A stretch of DNA of 60,210 nt, filler included, from Sluysia triapertura (GCA_046118255.1; 5 parts of 5 records of this genome joined end to end with filler, not necessarily neighbours in it); one strand, 5' to 3'; numbered from the whole stretch's first letter, positions 38,395-51,382 are shown. Made by a program: numbers and translations. The notes: generated by a model not told the origin, from the letters alone.

Positions 38395-38714
38395 GGTGTA
38401 AACATGCCACATCTACTTTAATTTAAATGAATTAAATGGTCATAAAATCTTATCTTTGTTTGTCATGGAAAATTTTATTTAATATTTTGATCAATAATTT
38501 TATCAAGGATTTTGAGGATACTCTACTCCTTACTGTGTTATCACCAGCACCTTACGCTAAATCATGGCCAACAAATAAAAGAACAATAATTATTTGTAAC
38601 ACTTAACCTACGAGAAAATATTTTTTGAGTAGGGTTCGGTTACAATAAACTTCACAAGGTGGGGAAGAGGGAGTTTCTGTAACTGTATAAACCAAGACTT
38701 TGTCCAAATAGTCT
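38395..38714 (-). pseudogene. Possible decayed fibronectin type III exon
   Basis: VLVYTVTETPSSPPCEVYC (FN3 junction T.E..PS.PP..V), later GAGD, ending at a GTAAGT donor at 38394. Stops and frameshifts. Confidence 0.35.
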
Positions 38715-39629
38715 TAATTAGAGTCTTATCAAATGATCATTTAAAAATTTATGTTGTATTTAGTTGTTTTAAAATAATTTAATTTATAATTCTTAATAAA
38801 ACGATTATTCTACAAAATGAAAATAAAGTCGTAATTTTATTGTACACAAAAATCAATATGTAAACTACATAATACTAAGAACTAAGTGAAAAAATGTAAG
38901 TTGATTAAAATAATAATTTAAAATTAAAGCTCAGGGAATGCTTAATTTAGGCTTATTAGACACTTATTCGACCCAATTCTTCAAAATTAATCAATGAACC
39001 ATTATCATCACGTTGATCGTTAATAACAATTTTGACATGAGTGATATATTAGATTTAGCATTTAGTCTATTTTTTAAAAGTGATGGAATAATGTTACTAC
39101 TACCATCAGAATTCTCCTTAGCATTATTCGTATTATGCACTGTTGAAAAATGCATTGTAATTATACACATATTTGTTGCTTCTATAATTTTCTGACACTT
39201 ATTTCATTTAAGCCGATGTAATCAGGGAAATATTTGTAAGTTAAAATCTAGTTATAAAAATTATTGTTCTTCAATTGTTTTAGTACTCACTGATTTAATT
39301 TAATACTTATTAATAAATTTTTGTCTTATAATATTGTAAATAATATATCCGAAGAAAAATAAAATTATGTATATAATAGTAATTGTATAATAATTGTAAA
39401 AAAATTAATAATTATTGTAAATTTGAAAAATAAATAATAATTGTAAAAATATAATAAGTTAATTTTTGTAAATGATAATAAAATTGTTAATAATAATAAA
39501 ATTATAATTATGCGGATATTCATTATTTATGATAATATTGTTTACAAAACGAAAAAACGAATATTTATCAAAAAATTATTTATAAAGACGGAAATTTAGT
39601 AATTAAAACGGATACAGTTATTTCACAAC

Positions 39630-39727
39630 GAATATTAATAATATAAATATTTTAAAGGATATTCGTTTATTAATATTTCAATGAATATTAATAATATAAA
39701 TATTTTAAAGGATATTCGTTTATTAAT
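39630..39727. repeat. Direct tandem duplication, 53-bp period
   Basis: GAATATTAATAATATAAATATTTTAAAGGATATTCGTTTATTAAT at 39630 and 39683. Confidence 0.95.
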
Positions 39728-39890
39728 GTTTATGAACACTTAAATCAATCATTTATAAAAAGAGTATAAAAAGACCTTAGCTAATTATTATAAAACATAA
39801 TTCTTGAACAGACATAAAGTATTGGTCTCGTGATTTTATAATTATCGATCTTAATTTGGTTAATTCAATTTGGTGTATCTAACCGCTCGA

Positions 39891-39960
39891 TTGGTCAAAT
39901 TTAGTTTATAATATTGGTATACGATTTGGTCATATTTAGTCTATAATATTGGTATACGAA
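39891..39960. repeat. Tandem repeat, ~34-bp unit x2 within a TTGGT-rich array
   Basis: TTGGTCA(A/T)ATTTAGT(T/C)TATAATATTGGTATACGA repeated twice. Confidence 0.85.
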
Positions 39961-41044
39961 TTGATCACAGTTTGGTTACAATCGGATCATATTTGGTTTC
40001 GCGATTTACATTCTGTTGTGTCAACGAAAATCAACAATTATATTTTTGATTAAGTAAGCTTTTAATTATAAGTTATTAGACCCGATTATCAACGGTCTTA
40101 AAATAGACTCAAAATCTTTCACGCAACTATTAGAAAAACTCACAGTTATTCTCTGAGTTAAAATCTACTTAACGTTTCTAAACATTTTTATATATTTATT
40201 ATCAACTTGTTATTTATCAAAAATTTTATCTAAACCCTCTGTATATCTTAAAAAGTTTTATTATATAATTAAAAAATTATTGTGATTAATAAAAATTTAG
40301 AAATCATTCTTTGTGTTAATTATTACTACTTCTGAGATTAAAAAGAGTTTGACAGAAATATTTTTGTTACTATTCAAAGAGGAAAACTAAATAAATTGAC
40401 AAAAGTTTAAAGAAAGAAATTTGTAAAGAATTAAAACATTATAAACCAAGTTTGCATTTTAAGGAATATATTAAGATAAACCAAAAGAAATAAAAAGATT
40501 AAACTTTTAATTACTAATAAAAAGACTGCAAAAGATTATATTCATAATTTTAGACGAGAATATAATCTAGGATTAATTATCTAATTCGTATAGATATAAT
40601 TGTAAGGAAATAAAAAGTAAACAGATAGACATTTCTTTTAGAGAATATATTACCATAAAGACAGCACATAGTATTGAACTTCTTTAATTCATTTGACAAA
40701 GCTTTAAAATCCTACGCAGACATCCATTATAGGTAAATCGTTTAGCGTAGGCGGACCCAAAATATAAATTTAATATTTTTTTATAATTGTTCGAAGAGTA
40801 AGAAAACCGAACAGAAGGAAAAGAAAAGATTATAATGTTAGATATTTATCTTTTTAATTGTGGTGACCCAACTCTTGCTTTCAAAATTTTACCATATAAC
40901 ACCTAAATAACTTAATATATGAAATCTCAGTAACTTCAAAATACAGAAATTTCTATAATACAAGTGCAACTTCACTTAATTCTTTATCATAATTCCTCTT
41001 CTCACTATTACTCCTCTTTTATCGCTACCACCAATTTTACAAAA

Positions 41045-42330
41045 GAAATATGGCACTGAAAAGATGGTTGAAGGCATTTTCGAAGCCAATCACATGTGTT
41101 GATTTGCAGCAGATATGATTAGTTCTGTGTCGAATGTATTAGAAACAATTTCTCAATTTAACAATGTCGGTTTAAAAACTCGAAAGTCATATTTAGAAGA
41201 TAATATCAAAAGTGCAAATCAATCTCACATAAAGGAAACAAAGAAATGGTTCAGTTAAAAGCTCAATTCGCAATAAAAAAACCCAAATTTTCGAAATTAA
41301 CTTGGACAATAAGCAAATAATAGGATCAAAATTGAAAATTTTGATAATGATAAACTAAATAACAATGAAGTAATAAGAAGATTTGAATCAGAATGTAACT
41401 TAGAATTTCAAAGTGAAATTCAAAATATAAATGATTAAAGAGTAAAAGAATCAACTGAAGATAAAAATACGAAAGCTTTAGCAGAAGCTGAAACTAAAAA
41501 TTTAAAAGAATACGAAGATGTAACAGCTGCATATTCAGAAACATTAGAATTCACTGAAACAGAAACTTCTAAATACTGCTATGACACATTCACACCGAAA
41601 ACTTAAAGTCGAAAAATGTCAATATCCGAAAGACCTAAAAGAAAAAAGCACCGTATCTCTACTCGAAAACGAACTTCTGCTTCAGATGAAATTGCTTCAT
41701 TACTAAATAAATCATTGTCTAATCAATCTGAAACTCCTAATAGAAAAAATTCAATTGTGAAAATAAAAATTAGAAATTAAATTGAATGATAATGAAACAC
41801 ACAAAAAAGAAATTCGTAGAAAACTGTCCTATACATCTTTAAAGACAAGAAAATCATCATTATCAACACCACCAGTTTTGTTAGAAAAGGAAGATCCAAA
41901 GGATACGAAGTATAATTGAAACAAACAATTAATTTTAGGAAAAGTAATTGAAAATGATACAAATATAGAAAATGTGTAAGTAAAGAACGAAGCGAAAAAA
42001 ATGAAGAAGTAAAGAATGAAGATGTAAAAAATGAAAAACTAATGGATTTAAAAGATGATATAATTTATGAAAGTATATTAGATCAAATATATGAAATTGA
42101 AAAACAAAAAGAGAACCAAAAATCGTCAGAAATAACAACATCAAATGAAATTTCTAAATTTTAACAAGATTCCGTACAACTGGAGAAAGTTTATCTAGCA
42201 AATCAACGCCGGTTAAATTGCTTTCATATTCTGTATCAGGCCCTATTAAAAGATTAAGAAAATTTTCATCAGTTAAAAATTTTCCTTTGGCTACTCGTTA
42301 TTTGACTGATAAAGTAAAAAGTCAGAAAAA
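41045..42330 (+). pseudogene. Decayed large exon of unknown gene (charged, low complexity)
   Basis: Purine-rich protein-like frames (KKYGTEKMVEGIFEANHMC*FAADMISS..., ESTEDKNTKALAEAE..., ERPKRKKHRISTRKRTSASDE) with stops and frameshifts, ending near a GTAAGT donor at ~42331. Confidence 0.45.
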
Positions 42331-43134
42331 GTAAGTTACGTAAATATAGTGTACAGAAGAAAAACTGAAACGATGTCTTTGAAGAAAAGAACAGAAATGA
42401 AATAAAATAACGTGCTCAAAATGTATGTACTTTAAATAAGACAGTCTGATATAATCTGTTAGATCAATAGATTGTGGTTGCAAATTGAATTTAAATGTAA
42501 ATGGATCATTTAGTTCAGCAATAGCAACACTGTGCAGTGAAGTGTATTTTGTGTAGAAATTGTATTTATGAATTGGTATTGAAAGTGATGTATTGTTGGA
42601 ATAGATTAAAATGGATTTCAAGTTTCTAAGCCATCATTATTTGAATAATTATTAATTAATTATTTTATACTTTTATAATTAAAATTGAAATTAATTCTAT
42701 TCGTATTCTGATTTTGTCGAACATAATACGAAAAATAATAACATAAATCGTTATTAAGTTAAACATTTAAAAATATTTTCTCTCACCTAATAACAGATAG
42801 CAAATAATTTTCAATATTGTCTTAATAATAAATTTTATTAATTTAACGTATAAAGTTGCCAATTTTAACTATAAAAAAGAACTACTAAAATTACTAGTTA
42901 CACAATATTGTATAACACTAAAATTTTATATGCACAATTTAGTACTCCTATGCCAAATTAAAACTCGTACCATGGCTCAATCGAAAGTTTTCTATAACGA
43001 TTATAAATATTATAAATTTAAAAATTTTCTATAAATATTTGCACAAAAGTATTTACGAAAATAAATATTTTACCTATAATCATAATCACCTCGATCATCG
43101 ATATTTCAATCTAATCTGCTATTTACATCCTTTA

Positions 43135-43390
43135 GTAATTTATAAAGTTCAAGTTATACATCAAGTTCGCACAAATACTCGTGTTCATAATGAAGACTTA
43201 TCGATAATATATAATACTGCACAAATGATTTTGAACGAATTGCATCAGAAGCAACAACTACGAAATCAAGAAGTTATTGATTACTAGTTCGGAAATTCAA
43301 ACTAATGCTAGATATCATTATCATGTGAATTGACAAAACACGCTGTTAGTAAAACATCAAAAGGTGTTGAAAATTATACCAAGTCAAAGC
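43135..43390 (+). pseudogene. H2B: Histone H2B pseudogene
   Basis: Across three frameshifts: IYKVQVIHQVRTNTRVHNEDLSII / NDFERIASEA / ITSSEIQTNAR / SCELTKHAVSKTSKGVENYTKSK, versus H2B [22 protein letters not shown] / NDIFERIAGEA / ITSREIQTAVR / [23 protein letters not shown]. Confidence 0.88.
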
Positions 43391-44534
43391 TGTTTGTATA
43401 TTTTTGATATATTGCACAGAATCGCTTGGATCATTCAACTTAACCATAGTTGTGGAAATTCTCTCACATGTCGATAAACATGTTTAGATCTTCATGAAGT
43501 GAGTGTGTTTCACTATCAGTTTTCGGTTATTGTTCATAATTCTTCTTTTTGTGAATTCATTCTCCTTTGTATATTAGCTACGCCTTGTTGTTATAATATA
43601 AATTTTATGTAAATTAGTCAAAGAACAAAGTAACAATATAGATGTCATAAATTATGAATTGTTAATTTTTAAACGTAGTGATTGTATTAATATTAACTCT
43701 AAGTAATTTTAACATAAAACCAATTCACTAAATTAAAAAATAGATTGAATTTTTCTTTGAACATTTTTATACAATCATATATTTTACACAGTTACTTAAT
43801 TTGTCTTCTGTGACAGTTATGTTTTGGCGAAAATATTGTTGGCATGCATATCTATTAATGCTTCTAATTTGCAAACCGTTTGATGAGATAGGAAGGTTGA
43901 GTGATTTCTATTTCTTGCTATTCAATTTGTAATTTATCAATATATTCCGGTAATTTCTCAAATACATGTTTAGATTTAAATTCATTTTTATAAAATATAT
44001 ATACATTTTCAACTATAGTGGACATCTCTTCTATTCAGTGATGGTGAAATAATAAAGGATACATTTAAAATGAAATTTATGTACACAAGGAGTTGTTTTC
44101 GTGTAATATTTATGTATTGACTTCTAGCATATTGAGCATCGAGTAAAGTACATTTTTTGAATTTATAATAAAATTTAGAAGATAAATAAAACATATCATT
44201 AGATAATAAAATTACAACCTAAATGAAAATAAATTCAATTCAGTTTTCGTCTCGAACAATGATATTCTTTGCGAATATTCATATTTTTCTCGATGGTAAT
44301 TCAGCCATGATATTTTTAGATACTAATACAATTTTAGGCTCCGAATGTAATTCAATGCGGCATAACTAACATCATGGTTTTTCTATCTGACGTAATATCA
44401 AATAACATAACTGACTCTTACAGTATTCCTTCATTGGCATTTAATCAAACTTTTGCAAGATAGACTATTTTCAAATGAATTAAGTACTAGTTTGTCATCG
44501 AATACCCTAAAATAATGATAATTTCGCGAAAGAA

Positions 44535-44710
44535 AGCCATTTTCTAAAAAAGGAATTGATTTTCTATAAATGAAATAAAAGAAACTCAATTTCTAAAAAA
44601 AAATAAGTTTTCGAAGAAATAAGATAATAGTTTCTAAAAAAGAAATATACAATTCTAGAATTTCCATTGATTTTTATTGACTGATGATCAGTATATATAG
44701 TGGCGTCAGA
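44535..44710 (+). repeat. Partial copy of the dispersed repeat's subrepeat/palindrome module
   Basis: TTTCTAAAAA subrepeats, AATTCTAGAAT and CTGATGATCAGTATATATAGTGGCGTCAG, matching the reverse complement of 26230-26350 and 47050-47251. Confidence 0.7.
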
Positions 44711-46349
44711 AACATTTGAAATATCAATTTAAAAACCCATTAATATCACAAACACGTGAACACTATGCCTTATTTTTGCCAATCAAAAAATTTTTGACCT
44801 TTAATTTTTAGTTAGTTAATTATTAATGAATAAAGGCCTACAGTTTTGACATTTAAAGTTTAAAATTATTATTACTATCCATGCAAAATGTATTATTTTT
44901 TCTTAAGTTTCGCCTATCGTATACGATTTATACGAGAGACGTACCTATAGGATTTAACTAAAGAATGTTTACACCTACATATATGAGGGTCAAATAAACG
45001 TATTCTTGCTTTTCGAGACTTAAGATTTATTCTTTATTGCTATTAAACTTTAGTTCCCTTAATAAAATTTCTTTTGCTCACTTATAATAATATTCCTAAA
45101 ATAATATGTCTGATCTTATATTATTTATCAATTAGGCAGCTTCTATTATTTACTATACATTAAATAATGTTCTATTAGTTTCATTAATTCAATGAAATTT
45201 GATAACATCTTTAATTCTTCCAAAAATAAATGTACAATCTCTAAAATTTATTAAACACAAACTAGAAATCAAACAAAATACAAATAGACTGACTTAAAAT
45301 TTAGACATCTTCACAACAATATACAAAATTATTTTACAATTCCACTATAACTTTCAAAAATGTATATTACTACAATTCTTTAATAACAACAATAATTTGT
45401 TTTTAAGGCAATGTTTAATAAGGTATTCAAAAATTTAAAAGGATTTTAAGCTAGCTCAAAATTTACATGAGCATTTATCTCTTACTTAAATAAAAACTAA
45501 ATAATTAAATTAAATTTAAAATATCTCTCGATCAATTTGACTGGAAATTCTTGTTGGTTTGGGTTGAATTGCCATATATAATTTTAGTCCATTTTCGAAA
45601 CAAATTGTACTTTTAAAATCTACTGGATAGATTTTGTTTTTTGTTAACATTTAACTATTATTAATTTTTTTATTTAGTTTATTGCAATCTATTTACAGAT
45701 AATTTTGATTTTAATTAAGTTGTCTTAATTTATCTTAGGTTTTCGAATTATTTTTAAAAGTAAGTTTTATTTATTTAGGTAATAGCAACTATTGTTGACG
45801 AAATTGGTTTTGGAGATGCTTATGTCTTAATGAATCTGTCGAATTTTTATTGACCATAAATAGTCTAATTTAGTATAAGCCATAATAATGTATGTTAAAC
45901 ATGGGAAGGTTTTGAGCTACTAAATAATGAATCAAAAGGAAGTGGATTTAAATGGTTGTTTCAAACTTGATTAGACCTTGTAGAAAGTGTAGGATCGTTA
46001 AGACCAATGCAACTTTGTTATTTTTGATGGTTATAAAGCTTGTAGATGTAATATCTTTCAGTTCTCGTATCTTAAGAATCGACTAAAATTTATTTACACA
46101 TTCATGTTTAGGTGATTTAATCAAATGATTTAACGAAGCCAGTAGAGATATAAACTCTGAATTTATGAATACTTTCGAAAAAACGTGATTTGATGACATT
46201 TTCGATAGAGATTTTGTTTCTGAACTTTTATTCAGAAATGATGACGAAACTTATTTTAAAAAATAGCTAAATAAATCATTCGATAAAATACGTTTAAGGA
46301 AAACAAATATCGTATTGAGAATTAATGTTTAATTTTTTTCTTTTCCTTT

Positions 46350-46700
46350 TACAATTCCACCAATTAAGCACTCTTTAGCACAATTATTTTTGTGTTACAC
46401 ATCACTTTTTGTATTACTTATTATATTTAGGTACACAAACATTTTATCTTCTCATATTGGCAAATTATTTGCATATGATACATTATAATTTTGTACATAA
46501 TTTTAATTAAACCCTGGAGGATATTTTTATTTACCTAAAATTTGATTAACATATTATTAACATTATTGTGGTATCTGATTCCTTCATCTATGATTATAAT
46601 ATTCCATTAACATCTTGAATCTATATCAAAACATAATCAACACAGATCATTTCATAAGAAACATCACCAAACTTTAACATACAAAATAACAAATTTATAA
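46350..46700 (+). mobile_element. Decayed non-LTR reverse transcriptase core fragment
   Basis: IPPIKHSLAQLFLCY (VPQGSxLGPLLFxxY-like) followed by YTNILSSHIGKLFAYDTL (YINDL....LFADDT-like). Confidence 0.4.
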
Positions 46701-47049
46701 AATCCTTAAATAAATCTAAAATATTCCTTTCATTCATTACCACTATTAAACTTTAATCATAATCATATTAATCATAATAGTTTAATAATAAGTTTGTATT
46801 ATTATTATTGTAGAATGTGTTTTTGTGCATGTTTATTCTAACAAGGTCGGTTGTCGAATTGCGAGAGGTATTTAGTAATTCACGAGTAACACGCTTCATT
46901 CCCTAAAGGAGAAATGTTTAAGCCTACTAAACATAATCTTATTCGGAGCGGAGAACCGAAGTTGATGAGGTCGTGTTATCTTATTGTTTTGTTGATTTGA
47001 AACAATGCATGCTGGATTGAATAGTGATCAAAAGAAAATGTAAAGATTT

Positions 47050-47251
47050 GTTAAGTTATCATCACAACTCTCTAATATCAAAATCATATAAGAAATCATT
47101 TAGAATCGTTAATTTATTTTCCAATAAGTAAACCTTTTTCAAAAAAAGAAAATAATATTTACTAAAAAAGAAATCCAAGATGCTAGAACATTCTAGGATT
47201 TTCGAGAAATTCCATTAATTTTGATTGACTGATGAGTAGTATATGTACTAG
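47050..47251 (+). repeat. Partial copy of the dispersed repeat's subrepeat/palindrome module
   Basis: TCATCACAA...AATCGTTA...CTAAAAAAGAAATC...CTAGAACATTCTAG...GACTGATGAGTAGTATATGTACTAG matches the reverse complement of 26230-26410. Confidence 0.7.
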
Positions 47252-47675
47252 AATAAGTTCAATTCAATTTTACAATTAAAATACAAAATTTAACATCACA
47301 AGAAAATTTCATTCGCTTTTGTTCGATTCAAATTTATTCTTCAGGTTAATCATCCATCAGTTTATGGATTATTATTGTCAAGGTTCAACAAAGTTGGTAT
47401 TAAATATCTGGTTCAAAGTACATTTATTGATGAACATTTATTATTAATACAAATTATTGTTTTTTACATGATTTTTATGATATTTATTATTACAATTTTA
47501 TTGTGAAATTATTACATTTGGACTTTTTTTAAAATAATTTGTAAGTTTATTTTATTTTAATGATTTAAATTATTAATCTTTTAATTATTATTTTAATTCT
47601 GTAAAAATTTTAATAATTTCGTTTATTTTTAATTATATTTTAATAATTTAAATAACCTTCAAGGTTAACTTATGA

Positions 47676-47775
47676 NNNNNNNNNNNNNNNNNNNNNNNNN
47701 NNNNNNNNNNNNNNNNNNNTTAATTAATTAANNNNNNNNNNNNNNNNNNNNNNNNNNNNNNNNNNNNNNNNNNNN
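47676..47775. other. Assembly gap with artificial TTAATTAATTAA linker
   Basis: N44-linker-N44. Confidence 0.97.

Positions 47776-47844
<69 letters not shown>
47776..47844. repeat. (AAT)n microsatellite at contig end
   Basis: Direct read. Confidence 0.95.
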
Positions 47845-47845
<1 letters not shown>

Positions 47846-47959
47846 TTGTTTTTATTGTTTATTTTCGTCATTTCTTTTTTATTTGTTTTTATTACTCGAT
47901 TTTAATTTTCATTCATTGCATATTGTATGTTCATTCAAAAAATGAAAACAAATAAAAAT

Positions 47960-48540
47960 GATCGAATTCTCTTTTAAAACGTGTTTTTTATTTTCCTCAT
48001 GAATTTTGTGTCTTTGGTACGGTAGTTCAGGGCAATACTTTAATTGCTGCGTGCTTTAATTTTGTTAATTTATGTTCCACCAACTTAACCACCATTACTG
48101 ATATTTACTGAAGCTTAAAAAATTGTTTTAAATAAATGTTTTCCAATAAAATTAAATCGTTTAATTGTAAATAATAAAGGACTAGATTGTAAATTTAAAT
48201 TTATTTGTTTAGATATTTTAAATAATATATATGGTATCTACGAAAATTACAAAAGTAAATTTTATAATCTAAATTTAGCGTGGAAAATTCATTTCTTGAC
48301 TACTGTTATCACTCATATACATCTTTTGCATTCGTTCGATACATTAAATATCACTATATTTACAACAAAACTCACAAACATTGTCTATTTAACATTAATG
48401 GTGTTATATGTGATTATCCGTTTTTCAATTCATCAACTTCGTTCTTAACCAAGATTCGTATAAATGTTGATAATTTCCGACCATTCAAAGCCAAAGATAA
48501 TTTTCTGATTCGAACAACAAAAACATGTTCAACATCTTAA
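47960..48540 (-). mobile_element. Possible decayed hAT transposase fragment
   Basis: LSWWNIN*Q / LKHAAIKVLP*TT resembles the hAT dimerization motif LxWWxxNxxxFPxLxxxAxKxLxxPxTS. Upstream ITYNTINVK*T may be the RW motif with TGG->TAG. Confidence 0.4.
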
Positions 48541-50379
48541 CTTTACCAAATAGTGTTTATTTGAATCACTAAACTGTAGGCTATAACATATACTCAGTTT
48601 TAGTATTATTTATGGTATGCTGAAACTAATGAATTTACTGTCATATTTAATATCGAACTATTGTTTATACAATCATTTAGTCATCAAAAATTAGTTTATT
48701 TATAAATTAAGTTACTTAACGAATGTGGCTAAGATAAAATAGTAATAATGTAGACTGATTTTTAAAATCTATACAAAATATGTAAGATGAATTATGAGAA
48801 GTTGTGAAAATTGTGGTATATTGATCTTGTATAGAATGTTTTTGATTAATTAGCTTGTGTATTAGCCAGCACAACTAAAAACAAACACTATTAAGATAAT
48901 ATGCTAAAATAAATTTCATTTTTTCGCAAAATCTATTTTTAATTAATAAATAACTGATTTATCACAAAGAATGTTCTATTTAATACGTTTTCTGTATACT
49001 AATTATGTTACAAACTTATCAAAGTTATACTAAAAAGCGAAACGTAATAGAACAAATAATAGAACGATAAATAAAAAACGATAAGAAAAATATTCATTAT
49101 ATATGTAAAATTAATAAATTAATATTATTATTATTATCATTATTAATTATTATTAATGTATATAATCAATGACGTTAAGATGCAATACTAATTAAAATTA
49201 ATTACTTGTAATCAAACCATATTTTTAATATTAATAAAATTATTATTTGAATATAAGTAATACTTTAATTATTATAAAAATAATTAATTTAATTGTTAAA
49301 TTAATATTCAAAAGTTTTTTGTGATACTATCTGGAAAAAGCATATAAAAAAAGAACTACATTAAATAAAAATTAATTTTTTATACTAAATAAAATAATAA
49401 AACAATAATTAAATAAACCAGTAACTAAAATTGATTACATTAGATGTAACTCCAGCATAAGAAAATATAAATGTGTATAGTTGTTGTGCATTTGGATAAA
49501 GAAACAAAAAATCATTGAAGTATGAAGTAAAAATAAAAAATTGAAAATTAAATTATGATTATATATTTTGTTTCTTTTTTGCTGCTTTTTCCTGAATTCG
49601 TTTTATTTAAATTCTATTTCCAACACGCAATATGATTATGTTAAATAATTTTATTCATTCATTCCATTTATTTACTTATTGGTGAAATACGAAGAATTAA
49701 TTTATTTCATTAATTTTATATCAGTATATTAATAATAAATGTTCCATTAATTATTTTTCTTTAATTTGTTTTTTTTTATAAATGAAATACTTCGTAAATT
49801 TTTCGCTTAAATACTTTTTTTAGGTTTAAATAATTAAAGTACAAAAAAGATTTTTCTAAATAATTCATTATTATAAATTACGCAAACTAAAGTTTTATTT
49901 ATTACAATATTCAAATTTACTTTTTTAAATATTACAATACTAAATTAATTCTGTTAAAATATTTTAGGAAAATAATTAAAATTTACATGAAATAGTAACT
50001 TAAGGCGTGGTATTACTTAATTAGGTGTATTTTAATTAATAATAAATAAAGTTTATGGGCTAATCTAAATAAAGTAGGAAAACAGGAAAAATAAGAAATA
50101 ATGGATTTATTATGAAATATTTTGTTTTCACAGATGTTTCACATTTCTGTCATTTCAAGAACTACAAAAAATTATTCGAAGCCAAGTCAAGACTATATGT
50201 TTCAAGACTATATAGTTTTAATTAATACATCAGTTTCTTTTTTCTTTAGCAACGCGATTGAAAGAAATATGGGTAAAGTTGAATTTCGAAAAGTGATAAA
50301 AGTTTTGTATGTAATAACAATAATAATAATAATAATAATATATTAATTTATATACGCTCATATTACTGCAAGATAAGTA

Positions 50380-50700
50380 CTTTAAATGAATCATTAACTA
50401 TAATATTTCTGAAACAGAAATATCTTTGCCCTTTTCTTAAATATTTCATAATCTTCAAGTAATTTGATATTCTCTTGTAGCTGGTTGTAACCGGTATCAT
50501 CTAGCTTATATTAGTGTGTCAATAAAATATTTATCTTGGTTTCCAAATTTTTTATTATTTATAAGAAATATTCATTACTTCCGTAAAGTAAGCATTTGTA
50601 AACTATTGTCATGATTTTGAATTATTGGCTACCAATATAATTCATTAATATAAGGTGTTACATGAGATCTTCTCATTTGGAAAATTAGTCTTGCTGTTTG
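50380..50700 (-). mobile_element. Non-LTR retrotransposon (L2/Crack-like) ORF2 3' end
   Basis: TARLIFQMRRSHVTPYINELYW*PI (AARLI...HITPxLxxLHWLPV), IVYKCLLYGSNEYFL (YKxLxGxxPxYL) and YNQLQENIKLLEDYEIFKKRAKIFLFQKYYS* (WNxLP...FKxxLKTxLF). Confidence 0.75.
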
Positions 50701-50729
50701 ATTAATTATTAATTGATTAATAATTATTG

Positions 50730-50870
50730 TACAGAAATAAAAGAAATGAAGTATTCAAAGAATTAGCATTGTGCATCTATTAAACGATGGACTCAGAAGT
50801 TTAAAACGAGGATAATTTCCGTTTTTAATGAAAACATAGTTGGCAAACCTAATGAAATAGGGGATTAATA
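50730..50870 (+). mobile_element. Mariner transposase N-terminal (HTH) remnant
   Basis: TEIKE...CASIKRWTQKLKRG / SVFNENIVGKPNE matches mariner S..TV.RW...FK.G..SL.DE.RSGRP. Confidence 0.55.
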
Positions 50871-51382
50871 CGAAAAAAACTCATTTAAGAGAATATCGAT
50901 AAAAAGTTTACTGACACGTAATAACATCGAAGAAAATAAAAAGAAAATTAAACATGTCATATATTTGTCTTCATATTTATTCTTCAATATTAAACGCTTA
51001 TCGACGAATACGAACTAAGTTTAAACGCTTAAAGAAATTCTTGAAATAGTACAATTTTGTAACATCTTTCGAATTAATGTAGACTTTCTTCCCACACTAT
51101 GAGAAAGTGAATGGAGCAAAATAGCGCTGTTTTTATTTTCTTTCTATGTTAGGCTTATTTTACAATGAATAAACAATTTAAATAGCAATTTATAATTTAT
51201 GAAAGACAAAAGTAAACAATTTTCACTTATATTATTTTCAATAATCTTAATACTTATTCATAAAACAGTTCAATCACTAATCATTAAATGTTTATCCACA
51301 ACATTTACAATTGCCATACCACTTAATAATATTGCCATTTATTGTACATAAAATATTTTGTTAAACATTTATTAAATTTTAG

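Noticed and set aside
40350-40620. Possible retrotransposon gag remnant (TAKDYIHNFRREY)
   Set aside because: Too short and degenerate; no LTRs or pol nearby.
45100-45480. Possible additional LINE 3' remnant (NTRNQ...YNSL...FKNLK); similar hints at 31200-31900
   Set aside because: Motifs are short enough to arise by chance in AT-rich DNA.
45780-46100. Possible MULE/SWIM remnant (DLNGCF, ACRCNIFQF)
   Set aside because: The SWIM C-x-H half is missing and there are many stops; not supportable by eye.
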